A program made the translations under genes and the position numbers. Source: Octopus vulgaris (lineage: Eukaryota). From it: 64,000 bases of DNA. How positions within the stretch are numbered: the stretch's first letter is position 1; the number at the start of each line of letters is the position of its first letter. The stretch covers positions 64,108,001 to 64,172,000 of the forward strand of contig OX597817.1 in NCBI GenBank assembly GCA_951406725.2, given 5' to 3'. The notes beneath the pieces were generated by a model that made no database searches, was not told where the DNA came from, and was given only the letters and a program-made list of their open reading frames with translations. This document shows, piece after piece, positions 1-13,110 of the stretch.

Positions 1-854
1 ACACACACACATACATACATACATACATACATATGACAAGCTTCATTCAGTTTAGTCAACTAAATTCACTCACAAGGCTTTGGTCACTCTGGAGCCAAAT
101 CAGAAGACATTTGTACCTATGTTAATGAGTTCCCACACTGGGAAACAAAACTTGGCCACCTAAGTGACAGTCAGGAATTGTGTGAAAATATTGGGTTATT
201 TCTATTTCCTGAACTATTTGCCGAAATAAAATATCAGTATTGGTTGGACAAGATGTAACATAAATGAAGTGGAATTATTGGGAATTGTTATTTAAGAGGA
301 GAGTGCGCACCTAAGTTTATTTTTCTTATGTTGAGAAATCATTATCAAAGAGTGAAAAGAGTATGCATATATTTCCATATTATTCTTTCATATTTTCATG
401 AGATAAAGCCCTTGAAGTCTCTGGTAGCTGTGGATAGTATTATTACATCCTCTTTCTGGACTCTTCAGCACAACATAACTCATTTCAAAGTCAGAAATAT
501 AATGAATGCACTTTGGTGCAAATTAAAATGCTTTGATAACTCTGAGACTAAAGGTAGTGATGAGTGTTTTGAAAACATTTGTTTGTTTGTTTTTTTTATT
601 TTTTTATAAGCAAGATATAAAAACTTCAAGTTTGCAACTTTTGATGAATATGTGGAAATGTGGAAAATTGGACTTTAAAACAAAGAGGATATGCATCTTG
701 CATATCTTGTTTGAGATTTTCTCCTCATTTTTATGTTATTGCTTTGAAACTAAATTTTTTTTCTATTATGTCAGGTCATTGCTATTCTCTGTACAAAGAA
801 ATATTCTTGTTATTGATAATAGTTATTTCCATTATCAATATGTAGGCATAGAAA

Positions 855-1055
855 TGTGGCAAGTTGGCAGAAGTTGGCATACCGAGCAAAATGCTGAGCA
901 ACATTTCGTTCATCTTTACATTCTGAGTTCAAATGCTGCCAGTGTTGACTTTGCCATTCATCCTTTCAGGGTTGATAATATCAGTACCAATTGAACACTG
1001 TAATTGACTAATCCACTCACCTGAAATTGCTGGCCTTGTGCCTAACTTAGAAACC
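855..1055 (+). mobile_element. tRNA-derived SINE (family A)
   Basis: TGGCAGAA...TTCTGAGTTCAAAT...GTTGACTTTGCC..TCATCCTTTC motif recurs at ~9120-9315, 40340-40640, 45285-45470(-), 47240-47380(-), 49550-49730, 53860-54030(-). Confidence 0.7.
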
Positions 1056-1207
1056 TATATCTAGGCTCAGGTGTGGCTGTGTGGGTAAGAAGCTTGCTTC
1101 CCAACCATGTTTGTTCAACATGTTGGTCAAGAAGAAGAAGAAGAAGAAGAAGCCTTTCAGGCAGTGTCTTGATATGGCCACAGTCAAATAACTGAGACAA
1201 GTGCTAG

Positions 1208-1262
<55 letters not shown>

Positions 1263-1270
1263 TAATATAA

Positions 1271-2520
1271 TATAAGGAAAATGGAAAGTTTGATTTCATA
1301 TCACCTATGTACATTTCAGTTTCTTACCTTCATTCATATTTTGCAATTAAGATTGCATTATGCATTTAAAAGGTAAAAATCTCTTCAGGGCAAAAATCGA
1401 CAAATATTCGTTCACATCCTAATGAATGGAGAGTTGCTAACCAACTGAGATAGCAGCATACTTTTGTGCATTTTGTGTTTGTCAGCATGTGTGTCTTTTG
1501 AATTCCTTTCCGATCTTAGGGGGGAAGCATTAAGGGTTACTTCCCTTCCTTCGTTTGTTGTATATTTCTTACTATTATGTTCTTCATCATTTTGGCCATT
1601 ACGTAAATCATTTGTATTTTCCTTATTCTTATTATTATAGAAATCATTTAATTTTTTAGCATTTTGTGCAATATTTTTTGAAATGCAGAAACCCATCCTT
1701 AATTTGTGTGAGTTTATTATTTTGTGATATTTGCTTTCCTTTGAAAAGTGTTTGGCCAAACACTTTTCAAAGGAAAGCAAATATCACAAAATTATTGTTT
1801 GCAAGAAAATTTTCACTATATTGGTCCTAATTTGTTTTGCAAATGGTATTATGAACCATGCTATATTATTTTCATAGTAATTCCTTTTAGAGTAATTTTT
1901 CTGGAGTTTAATAACTTTTATATAGAATTATTATTATTATATGTATTACCTAAATGGTAATATATATGACATTGTTATTTGTTATCCTATTTAGGTTTTT
2001 ATTTAAGTAGTCACAATTTTCATTATTATAGTGTTTTGTTTTTGGCCTTCTTTTTAGTAGAAGTTAAATAAATATATTGATTTGGATTCTTGCTAATATA
2101 TATAATGTATATTTTATTTTTATTCTTTTCAAAAGTGAGTAGAGATAGGAGTGGTAGCCAGCATTTATAAAACCAATCTCGGGAGAATGGTAGTATGACC
2201 TAGTTCCTCAGAACTACAACTTGCCATTGTCCACTGTGGTCATAGTTTAACCTCAAGCTGTTTTTAGAAAAGAATCCAAAAGACTCATGCTGACAAACAC
2301 AAAACACACAAAAGCCTGCTGCTATCTCAGTCTGTAAGCAACTCTCCATCCATTAAGATGTGAACAAATATTTGTCAGTCTTTGCCCTGAAGAAATTTTT
2401 ACTTTTTAAATGCATAATGCAACCTTAATTTCAAAGAAACATATGCAAGCAATATGAAATTGACTATTATTTAAATAAACTGATTTTTTTTCTGTGTTTA
2501 AACTTTCCATTTTCCTTACA
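1271..2520. mobile_element. Non-autonomous DNA transposon with long (~240 bp) imperfect terminal inverted repeats
   Basis: 1271-1510 (TATAAGGAAAATGGAAAGTTT...GATTGCATTATGCATTTAAAAGGTAAAAATCTCTTCAGGGCAAA...GATAGCAGCA) matches the reverse complement of ~2265-2520 (...AACTTTCCATTTTCCTTACA); AT-rich spacer; no recognisable transposase. Confidence 0.8.
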
Positions 2521-2739
2521 TTATGTTATTAAAATTCTGCTCTCCTATATCAAATGGTTGAAAACATCTATAACAATAACTAGAACTTCATGAGTGTTAA
2601 CACTAATACTGACACAAATTAATGAAATCCAAAGTATATTAATTGATACGGGGCTAAATCCGTGTATACTTGGATAAAATACAACCCTGCAAAAGAGCAA
2701 CCTCTTTCCATTCAAAACTTCATATATATATATATATAT

Positions 2740-3445
2740 CATCATCATCATCATCGTTTAACGTCCACCTTCCATGCTAGCATGGGTTGGACGATTTGAC
2801 TGAGGGCTGGCGCACCAGATGGCTGCACCAGGCTCCAATCTTGATCTAGCAGAGTTTCTACAGCTGGATGCCCTTCCTAACGCCAACCACTCCGAGAGTG
2901 TAGTGGGTGCTTTTACATGCCCCCGACACGGGGGCCAGTCAGGTGGTACTGGCAACGACCTCGCTCGAATCTTTTTACACATGCCACCAGCACAGGTGCC
3001 AGTAAGGTGATGCTGGTAACGATCATGCTTGAATGGTGCCTTATACATGCCACCGGCACGGAAGCCAGTTAGCTGCTCTGGCAAAAATCACGCTCGGATG
3101 GTGCTCTTAGCACCCTACAAGCACAGGGCACAAGTGCCAGTAAGGCGACGCTGATAATGATCACACTCGAATGGTGCCTTTTATGTGCCACTGGCATGGA
3201 AGCCGGTTAGCCACTCTGTCAACGATCACACTCATATGGTGCTCTTTGCACCCCGCAAGCACAGGTGTCAGTCATTGAATTTCACTTGCCTCAACAGGTC
3301 TTTGCAAGCAGAGTTTAGTGTCTAAGGAAGGAAAAAGTACACATAAGTGGGCTAGTTACGCCCCTGGCATAGGCCACGAGGTTATGGTCTCATTTGGCTT
3401 GCCGGGTCTTCTCAAGCACAGCATATTTCCAAAAGTCTCAGTCAC
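2740..3445 (-). mobile_element. RTE-tail SINE / RTE 3' fragment with internal ~55-60 bp tandem subrepeats
   Basis: (ATC)n tail then CGTTTAACGTCC...CATGCTAGCATGGGTTGGAC...CTACAGCTGGATGCCCTTCCTAA; related copies at ~13955-14215, 17395-17495, 21960-22075, 23885-24090, 24490-24625, 26390-26640, 44800-45045, 46055-46190, 46445-46610; also continuous with the RTE fragment at 11780-13110. Confidence 0.8.
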
Positions 3446-5179
3446 TATATATATATATATATATATACTCAACATTCCTGTACATATCAGAATTTGTTGA
3501 GGCAGCTTTTCTACAGTTGGATGCCCTTCCTCTTACTAACTCTCTCTTGTCTCCAAACAAGGTAAAATTTCCATGGCCAGACATGTTTTCAATGGAAGAC
3601 TGGAACCTAACATTGGTAAAGCTCATTTACAACCCTCACAAGATGTCAACACAAAGGTACCACACACACACTGAAACATATAAAAGATAGGCTTCTTTCA
3701 TTTTCCATCTATCAAGGCTTTGGTTGGCCTGGGGCTATAGTAGAAGATACTTTCCTGGGTGGTTGGACTTAACTCAAGACCACATGGCTGGAAAGTAAGC
3801 TTCTTAACCAAAGAGCCACACCAGACAATTAATCTTGTATTTTCTTTAATGGATGTCAATTTAAGAAATTCCTGAGATTACCTCCCCTTCTCTTTTGGAC
3901 TTGGTCACAATTACCACACGGAATTAGTTTTCTCTTCTGTTGAAGGGAAAATAATTACAATAAATCAAGAATTTATTGAGTATGATATTCAATATATCTT
4001 TAGACATGTTTATTGTTTATATCTGTAAGTACATATATATATATATGAGATAATGATGTCAATGAGACCCAAAGGTGTCAGGTAATGCTGAATAAGTGCT
4101 ATAGACAGACCATAGTTAAGTTCCAGATTCGGTAATATTGCAAATAAATGGTTCTGGATTTTACTCAAGGGATATTGGAATATTGCATATATACCACTAT
4201 GCCTATAAAACAGATTTACAAATTCAAAACCCATACATATCTTACATCTATTTTCTTTCCTCCACCTCACTCTCTATTTTGTATCACATCGAAACTAACG
4301 ATGACTTAATTTTTCCTCTCACACTGTCTCCGATGAAGGGATATTATTATTAATTAATATCCTAGAAACATCTGTAAGACCTTATATCTATAAATGCTCT
4401 AATATCTATACAGCCTTGGCTTTTTTTAATCTTATTACGCAAAAAATTGTTATATATATATATATATATATATAAATTTTGTACAACTCTCTTATTCTTT
4501 CATTTCTTTCTATCAGTCCCTTCACACTTCGTTCTTTCCACTCTTCTTTCTTTTGTTCTCCCTCTCACATTTCCTGGCTTTCTCTTCATTCTCACCTTCC
4601 CTCCCCTTTCACTTCACATTGTCCTTTTTCTTTTCTTCTTGTCCCTCCCTAATTCTTCTATCCCTTTGCCTCTGCCTCTTTCCTCTCTCTCCACATGACC
4701 AGTGTTTGGCCAAGCCTGACCTTTCTTTCTTGGTTTGACTACCATCTGTACAATATCTATATTCCTCCCCATGCCTGTCATCTCTCATGTCCCTGCAGTA
4801 AGGCTTCACTTCCACACACACCAGCTTAATTTAATTCGTCCTTAGTCAAAGGACGCCTGTTGTTAATATCCTGTTTTTTGCATTTGTATTTGTGTACCAT
4901 TTCTCCATTTTTTTTTCCGTCCTTGTTTTCATATACATTCATTGCTTTCTTCCAAGGAATCTAGTGCTCTTAGCTTAGTTTTTCCTTGGGGCTGGCCAGA
5001 TTGGAGCAATCTTCAGTATAACCAGCTGAAATTGCAAAGATAATCTGGAACTCGACTGAAGAAAGAAAACTCTGAATTATCCATCCTTGTTTTTTCTTGT
5101 CCCTTTTTTGTATCATCTCTCTGGATGTTTTGCTTCTTGTCCCATTTGTTGTATTCCTTTATATATATATATATATATA

Positions 5180-5220
<41 letters not shown>

Positions 5221-8200
5221 TGTGTGTAGTATCAGCATTTAGCATGTTTTTCATGTTGGCAAGTGTTAAATGACTGACAAAAACTGCTAAGGCGAGGGGC
5301 TGTAACAGGTTCCAGTCTGTTTTGGCTCAATTTCTACAACTGCTTGCCCTTCTTGATACCAACCACTTGTTCAGTGAAAGTCTCATATAGATGCTACCCC
5401 ACCATGAAATATTATCACATGCGCATCACACCAGGTACCCACTCTGAGTTGTAACTGCTGAGAGCCAGAAACTTGCCCACTCAACCAAGAATGTATGATT
5501 AACTCAGTGGTTTATGAAGCTAAAGTCAATGTAGTGCTCCAAAATATGGAAACTCAAAAGAAAAAGTCCATTGGTATGAGAAAGTAGTTTTAAAAAAAGA
5601 TATGCTAACTACCTTTCGTCTTTCTAACACATGGATAAGAAAAAAGCTACTAAGTTATCAGGCCACATCTGGGACTCAAAGGCCAACTACACACTGCACA
5701 GCATCAAGTGGTGCATTTTGGAATGATCCACACCATATGTTAATGGTTCAATAAGATGCAAGTCTTGTAGCTGAAGATACATATCCTTTTTAGATTTAAG
5801 CATTCGTACATACTACTTAACTACCCAATTCCAAATCTGAAATTTTTATTAAATGTAAGCATCCGATCAAATTTCTTTTATTGAACTGGTAACACCAACC
5901 TCTGTAGATTTAGCATGCAGTCTTAAAAACTTTGACCTTCTCCCATTGAATCAACTTACACCAACCACATTAATTTCGATTCAAATGTGCCAAGAGGACA
6001 CAATTCTTAATTTTCATTTTTCTTTTCCCCATCCTCTAAACCTTTCTCACGTTTTTCTCAAAGACCAGTGTCCTTTCTTACTTTCCGAAAAGACCAGTGA
6101 TGTTGTATATCTGAGCCTGAAAGGTTGCATGGAAACACACAGTATACTATACAGGCTTGCCTGACAATGTATGAACGTAATAGTAGTTTGAATTTAAATC
6201 TTGTGTATATTAAATGATACATACGTACATACATGCACATATAATTTTTAATTAGTAAAGTTACTAAGTGACTCTGCTGCTATGAGTTTCCTTCCTTGCA
6301 TGAAATTGGATATATATGTTTATATATAGAGTTAATATATATATATACCTACACACACATATATATTTGATGTCATTTTTAATAAATCATAAATGTATTA
6401 AGTCCTTTATTGAATTAATGTTCATTGTCGCTATGCATTTAAAAAGCACTTATTTGTACAGACATATATATTTACTTGTCATAAGACTGTGCTGAAAAGG
6501 CGGAAACTGAAATTTTGAAGGTATGGTCAACCTTTTTCCCTGTAAATAATTATACACAAGTAAAAAGTATTGAGTAATCATTCGTTTAATGTTTAAATTG
6601 CTTTTATAAACAACTTGACATAAAAACAAGCAATATATATATTTTTTAAATAAGTACTGGGGTCTAATAACTGAAGCAGATAAAGCTATACGTAGGTATG
6701 GGTGATTATTTTGATTTGCCTGACCAAGGAATGATCTTCACACAGAAAATCCTACTTCTATAACTCCTTGTAAGTTCTGTATATAGAAAAAGTTGACAGA
6801 TGCATTAAAAGTACATTATAATCAACTTTAGCGGGCTCTTAATTCGCATCCTGCAGGGCATAGCACCCGGCGAGCCGGAACAGGTGTTGCGATTTAGCTT
6901 CCTGTTACAAAAAAAATTTCATTACATGTTCAGAAATTTCTCGATTTATTTTGTTTATTTTTTTTTTATCACATACATAAATATATACATTATCTTTACT
7001 TTAAACAAAAGTAAAGTAAAACAATGATTAAGATTTTAATTAATTGTTTTGAAAGTCGAATTTGTTCCCCTAAATCTCGTTGGACTCTTCCCGTGACTTG
7101 GGCGAGATCTTATTTTAATCTTGCACACAATGTCTGTCATGTTAAGTCAGTGTCAATGTCTAGTTCTTGCCACATCGGACTCGGAATAATCCCAACTGAC
7201 GGGTGTTGGCGGGAATAAATTTCACTGATATTATTTATTATTTTTTCATCTCTGATCAGAACAATATAAGAGGAAATAACTATTTAAAAAAAAAATTAAT
7301 TATTAGTATTATTTTTGTTGTTGTTGCATTTGCTATATCAGTACGAAATCAAATAACAACCAAAAAAAAAACCGGTCCAGTCTTTGTGTTTGACGTGAAA
7401 GAAAGCAATAAACAAACTGGTTTGTATGTTTGCTTTTTTCCTAGTTCTATATCATACAATACCAAACTATATCATCACACCACCTTACGTAGGGCTTCGT
7501 GTCGTTATAGAAATACCTGTATATTGTATAATACATGCACGAATACGTTCACATACATGTTATAAACACTAACTGCAACATGTATACAGGATAGCTACGA
7601 ATATTACTGCCTCGGATTTTCATCTGTACACATGCATGCTATAAACACTACACAATATCGATACATGTATATGTTACAAACAAACCACATCAGAATTTGT
7701 GCACGTTACGAATATAAACTGCATTGCATATATGCAGATGCACACATTCTGCACCACAGATAAACGTAGGCGATGTGTGTAGTTTTGAAACTTTTATGTA
7801 TATTTTGGCTATTATGGCAAATAAGGTAAATACCATTGAGACGCACATAAGCAGACTTAACTTTCCCTTTTTTCTAGCTACTTTTTTAATGTAATATACG
7901 AATCTGAAGTGTTGTGGTCTATAGGGACAATTAACATCTGAAATACTCGAGCGTCAGCCTGCACAAACGCTTTTTACATTCGTGTCAAAGAAGGAGCCTC
8001 ATGTAGGCGGGCGACCTGACAGCAATAGAAAATCTCTCAAATTACACCCTATCATCTTAAAGGTATACTGGACAAGATAGTCCCTGATATACAAAAGTGG
8101 ATGGTCACTATTAGAAGAACTTTAATGATAAGTATGCTTGAGCAGGGTCGACCTGTCGGCTAAACAAGAATACAATAGATAAAATAGTCCCTAACAAACA

Positions 8201-10029
8201 AGAATGCGAGATGGTCACTTGTGGAACGCTTTTGATTATATAGGTCAATGTGATCAGGGCCGACCTTGGACAGAATCTTTGCCAATAATTTCGATGTTTT
8301 TGATTCAGTGTTCAAATCCTACTGGTGTAGACTTCGCCTTGTTATCTGCTCAGGTTGTAGGGATCGATAAAATCAATGCCAGGCATGACTGACGTTATAT
8401 GTATTGAGGATGTGAAAATCAGACTCCTTTTCTAAACATGTTTAACCATTGGGCAGTCCTGCCAAAACAGACAGACCTATGATCAAGGGCCATTCCAGCC
8501 ATGACCACATTGTTTTCTTCTTGTGCGCGCGCCTCAAATAACTAGGGTGTGGTTTAAAAGAGAGTTGGTTGTTCTGAGGTACTTAATTTTCCCAATGCAT
8601 TTGTCCTTAATTATATAGTTCTCAGGTCAGTTTTAATCGAGTATATTTACAATTGAAGATTTTCCATCTATGACCATTTAAAAAAAAAATTCAAACGTAA
8701 CTAAGGTTGCATTATGTGCCATCAAGAGATTTGGCTATTATTTCTTGCCGATCGATTGATTACTGAGAGGCTATTTCATTAGTTCGTTGATAATATGTAT
8801 ATTGTATTTGTGATATATATATATATATATTGATCGCTTCTTGTGAATCAACAGATTTATATACGTGTATGTTTGCTAGAACAAAGAAAAAGAACTCAAT
8901 ACATTAGTATAATCGGCATAAATTACAAAGGGACCCAGGGCCGAGAGTCTCATGTATGCCGTGTGCGAAACACTAGGCCCCTGAGTCATAGTGTGACTTT
9001 CGTCGATTAAAAGTAAAATTGTATATATACGCAAACACAAATTCGGTAATAGTCGTTGGGGTCCCGCGATCAGGGGAGTTAATGAGAGTTACTGAAATTA
9101 GAAAATGGAACATTTCAAGTGAGGCTAGTATCTTGGTAGGATGCTTTGCGCGTCGGACAAAATATTTTGCGGCTCTTTACGTTTTAAGTTCAAATACCAC
9201 TGTGGTTAACTTTGCCTTTCATTCTTCTGGTGTCGATAAACTAAAGTATTGGGATTGATGTAATCCACTAACTCTTTCCTTTAACATTTGCGACCTTGTA
9301 CCTATGTTAGAAATTATTATTTTTTCAATTCACTTTACAAACACGAGTTTGGTAATTCTTTTCAGTATGTATTCACGATGAATTTATTTGAAAAATAAGA
9401 TGCGAATATTATCAGTGATATGAAATTCATGGATCCATTGTCTGGGATTCCTACAGTATGATTACAAAACACTTGGAAAAAATGTAAACAATATTCTGAA
9501 ATGATTTGTCGTACAAAGATTACTTTGTCACATGGATGAATTTATGTGGCTTAATTACACAAAAATGATGTTGAATTCTGTTTATTTAACCATGTTTTTA
9601 TTTTGGTATTTTTAAAACTGAAAACAAAGAAATCTTCGACTTGCATTTCGGTATATAAGCATTTCTTAAGTATTATTTCTGAGCAGTTAACAGCAGTTTA
9701 ATTTTCTCCTTATCTAAATTGCTTGACTATTTTCATTACCTCCTTTTTTGGAGACGGGATTCCCTAATATATAAGCATGCCATCGCTGTTGTATATAACC
9801 CTTCATATCCACATTCTTACATAGCCTTAGCTCTTCCCGCGTTGTGTCGCATATTAAGACGAAAATGAATATGTAATCCTATTAGAAACTTATTAAATAA
9901 ACATATACAGGCGATGTTTCGTCTTCAGCAAATATAAATTAAATATTAGAATTAATGAACCCCCCCCCCAAACTATTAGTCTTGTGTGTGTTACGACACC
10001 TAGCTGAATGTTTCAACGTGGTCTGCAGT

Positions 10030-10038
10030 CACTTCCGG
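10030..10038 (+). promoter_or_regulatory. ETS/GABP-like motif in the putative ZRANB2 promoter
   Basis: CACTTCCGG in a CpG-richer stretch ~250-290 bp upstream of the candidate first exon. Confidence 0.35.
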
Positions 10039-10138
10039 ACCTCCCCCCCAATCAAAACGTAGACGTTGAAATAAAAAAACATCCTGGTGTCCTTCAATGT
10101 CTAAAACTTTCCCCCCATGTTTTCATGTATATATATAT

Positions 10139-10169
<31 letters not shown>

Positions 10170-10269
10170 GCATGAGGAAAAAGAAGATGGAGAAATTACA
10201 ATAATTATTACAAGTTCCCATTCTTTGTTGGAAATGTTTTTCTTTTTTTACGTTCTGGGTGAGAGAAAT

Positions 10270-10324
10270 AATCATTTAAATCTTTCACGCCGTCCTCATT
10301 TCTCCATCTGCTGATACGTTTAGA
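10270..10324 (+). other. ZRANB2: Candidate non-coding first exon of ZRANB2 (start position approximate)
   Basis: Consensus-like donor AGA|GTGAGT at 10325; CpG-richer context; no in-frame ATG. Confidence 0.45.
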
Positions 10325-10709
10325 GTGAGTGTGTCCCACGCTAGAATAATTTCAGATACGTGGTGGTTTTGCGACACCTGATATCACCGACTGGTTGTAA
10401 ATAATACTTGTTGAAACGATTTCATTTGACTTACTTTTCTACAATGTCGTTGGTTATAAAATATATACAGCGACAACTTCCCTTTTCTGTTTCCACTTAT
10501 AAATCGCAGTTGCTCGGTCTGCAAGAAATAGCAGCCAAATTCCCTCATATCACTCCCAATCATCTTAAAGATAAATTGGCCGATGTTGTCCTAGACATAC
10601 TAAAAGATGTAATGGTCATCAGTTAGGGTTGGCCTGGGGTTAAACAGCACGTTTTATAGTTGAGGAGAGAATACAGTAAATTTCAAAATTTAACTTTATC
10701 CTAATACCG

Positions 10710-11104
10710 AACTTCAGTTTTTTCTAGCGGTGTCATATGAAATTGTCACGCATAATTATAACCCTAGTATCGATCTATTGCATTTCAATGTTTTAGGGTT
10801 AGGGGTGGGGGGAAGGGTATATTTTTTTTCTTCAGAAAGGTAAATAAACCCAATCTGTTTCTTAAACGAGGGACATATACGGTACAGAATGTTTCCATCT
10901 CAATAGACGTCATTGATTGGTTGAAATTGCAGAAATCGAAGGAAAAAAAACCAACAACAAATATCTTACAGACTATAGAATTTTCTCAATAAAGCCAAGA
11001 GAAAAAGATGTTTTATAAACACATTCTACCAGTATACGAAGTTTAAAAGTGTTTAGTTACGTGGAAATTATTTTTAAAAACTGTTGTTCAAACCGAAAAG
11101 ATCC
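10710..11104. mobile_element. Non-autonomous DNA-transposon-like interspersed repeat, left end degraded
   Basis: Ends AAAACTGTTGTTCAAACCGAAAAGATCC; CAGTTTTTT near the left end matches the inner part of that terminus; recalled as a common octopus repeat. Confidence 0.45.
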
Positions 11105-11779
11105 GAATATTAAAATCAATTCCACGTTCGGTGACCATTAAAGACCCTTTCCACCCAGTATTTGTTGTTCTTGCCATGACCTGTTCGTATCGATTCAGGG
11201 ATAGTGTATCTTGGGTTACATTATCCAATTTGTCCTTTAAAAACAATTAAGGGATATCGCAGAAAATTTTCTAATTTCTAAAAGTTTTTGTGGTCTTGTT
11301 ACCATACCGCCCTATGATTGTCATTTGTGTGAATTTAAAGCTTCATGACACATTTGAGTGTTGTAACACACGCCAGTTTAAAACTATTATACTTCAAGTC
11401 TCTTATTCTGATGGTCAATGTGCGAAAAGTCTTTTTCCTCTCTTGATAAAATAATATATTACATGCATTTACATCTAAGGGAAAACCATAGACAGTACGT
11501 CTCCTCCAAAAACATGAGAAATGGAATAAGAAATCCTTCATATTTAGAGTAACAAAAGAAAACATGAAATTAGTGTTTCAAAATAAAAAGAAATAGAATT
11601 CTCTATTAACTATTGTTTTCTGTTTTGCCGTATGAGACAACATCAACTAAAATATCATTTTGATATGAAGGAGTTGTCTGTTTAGCACTATTTGTACTGC
11701 AGGTGATTTAGTGTTAGTCACTCCTTCCCTCAGGAAACTTGAGGTAGCACCTTCAGCAAAGTGTTAACAAACTCTCTTG

Positions 11780-13110
11780 CCTCCCATGCCGAAGTTACAG
11801 TGACGTTCAAAGGCCAGTGAAACAGGTGGCGGTGAGTTACATACTTGCATCAACCACGCTCAAATGGTGCTTTTTACATACCACTGGCACAAGAACCAGT
11901 CAGGCGGCACTGGCAACAACCATGCTCAAATGGTGCTTTTTACGTTCTGCTGGCATGGATGCCAATCAGGTGGTACTGTCATCATTCACGACAACGATTT
12001 CACTTGCCTCAACAGGTCTTCGCAAGCACAATTTATTGCCCAATGATTGAAGGGTACTCTTAAAAGGGCTGGTTATGCAGCACAGCATAGGCCATGGTTA
12101 TGGTCTCACTTAGCTTGCCAGGTCTTCTTAAGCACACCATATCTCCAAAGATCTCGGTCACTTGTCATTGCCTCAGTGAAGCCCAAAGTTTGAAGGTCAT
12201 GCTTCACCATCTCATCCCAGGTCTTCCTGAGTTTAACTTTTCCACAGGTTCCCTCTACTGCTAGGGTGTGACACTTTCTCACACTGACATTACACATCCA
12301 ATGAAGCATACTGGCTTCATTCATTGCAAGCTTACGCATCTCTTCAGTAGTCTCTGCCCATGTTTCGCTACCATGTAGCATGGCTGTTTGTACACTTGTG
12401 TCATACAGTCTACTTTTACTCTGAGCGAGAGGCCCTTTGTCACCAGCAGAAGTAGGAGCTGTTTGAACTTTGCCCAGGCTATTCTTATTCTAGCAGTTAC
12501 ACCTTCAGAACATCCATCCCCGCTACTGACTTGGTCACCTAGGTAACAGAAGCTATCAACAGCTTGTAGTTTTTCTCCCTGGAATGTGACAGAAGCTATT
12601 TTCTGCACATTTTCAGTGTTTATTGCTCCTGAGCATTTGCCACGCACAAAAGCTATCTTCCCAGTTAGCCTTCCTTTGATATTGTTGCACCTCTTATGTG
12701 TCCATAGCTTACACTGGGTACATCTTATGGAGTTTCTACCTATGCTTTTTCTACAGATCAAGCAGGGCCATCTACTCGAAAGGATTTGTGGTTTGTCTGC
12801 CTTCCTACTTATTACGACTTTGGTTTTTCTAGGTTGACTCTAAGGCTCTTCGCTTCTTGACCTTGCTTCCACACCTGAAACTTCTCTGCTAGTTCTGATA
12901 GTGACTCAGCTATTAGAACAAGGTCATCAGCATAGAGAAGCTCCCAGAGGCAGTTTGTCTTGAATTCCTCTGTTATTGCCCAGAGGACTATGATGAATAA
13001 GAGGGGGCTGAGAACTGATCCTTGGTGGACCCCCTACCCGAATTCTTCACTGTACTCGTTGCCACCCCTCACCTTACTGACAGCATTCCTGTACATGGCT
13101 TGTATAGCTC
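11780..13110 (-). mobile_element. 5'-truncated, decayed RTE-clade LINE (reverse transcriptase C-half, Cys/His finger-like insert, 3' UTR)
   Basis: Minus strand encodes GVHQGSVLSPLLF, LLYADDLVL, WPCLICRKSIGRNSIRCTQCKLWTHKRC, FCYLG and AMLHGSETW, with frameshifts; older copies at ~14930-15600 and ~25000-25440. Confidence 0.88.

Noticed and set aside
640-710. WKCGK...C peptide as the missing ZRANB2 finger 1
   Set aside because: Lacks the NFARR motif and correct Cys spacing; no fitting splice sites
1412-1780. 122-aa Asn/Lys-rich ORF
   Set aside because: Overlaps the inverted arm of a non-autonomous element; low complexity; no recognisable domain
2900-3270. Regularly spaced repeats that might suggest a CRISPR array
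   Set aside because: Tandem subrepeats of a retroposon tail; no unique spacers or cas genes; eukaryotic context
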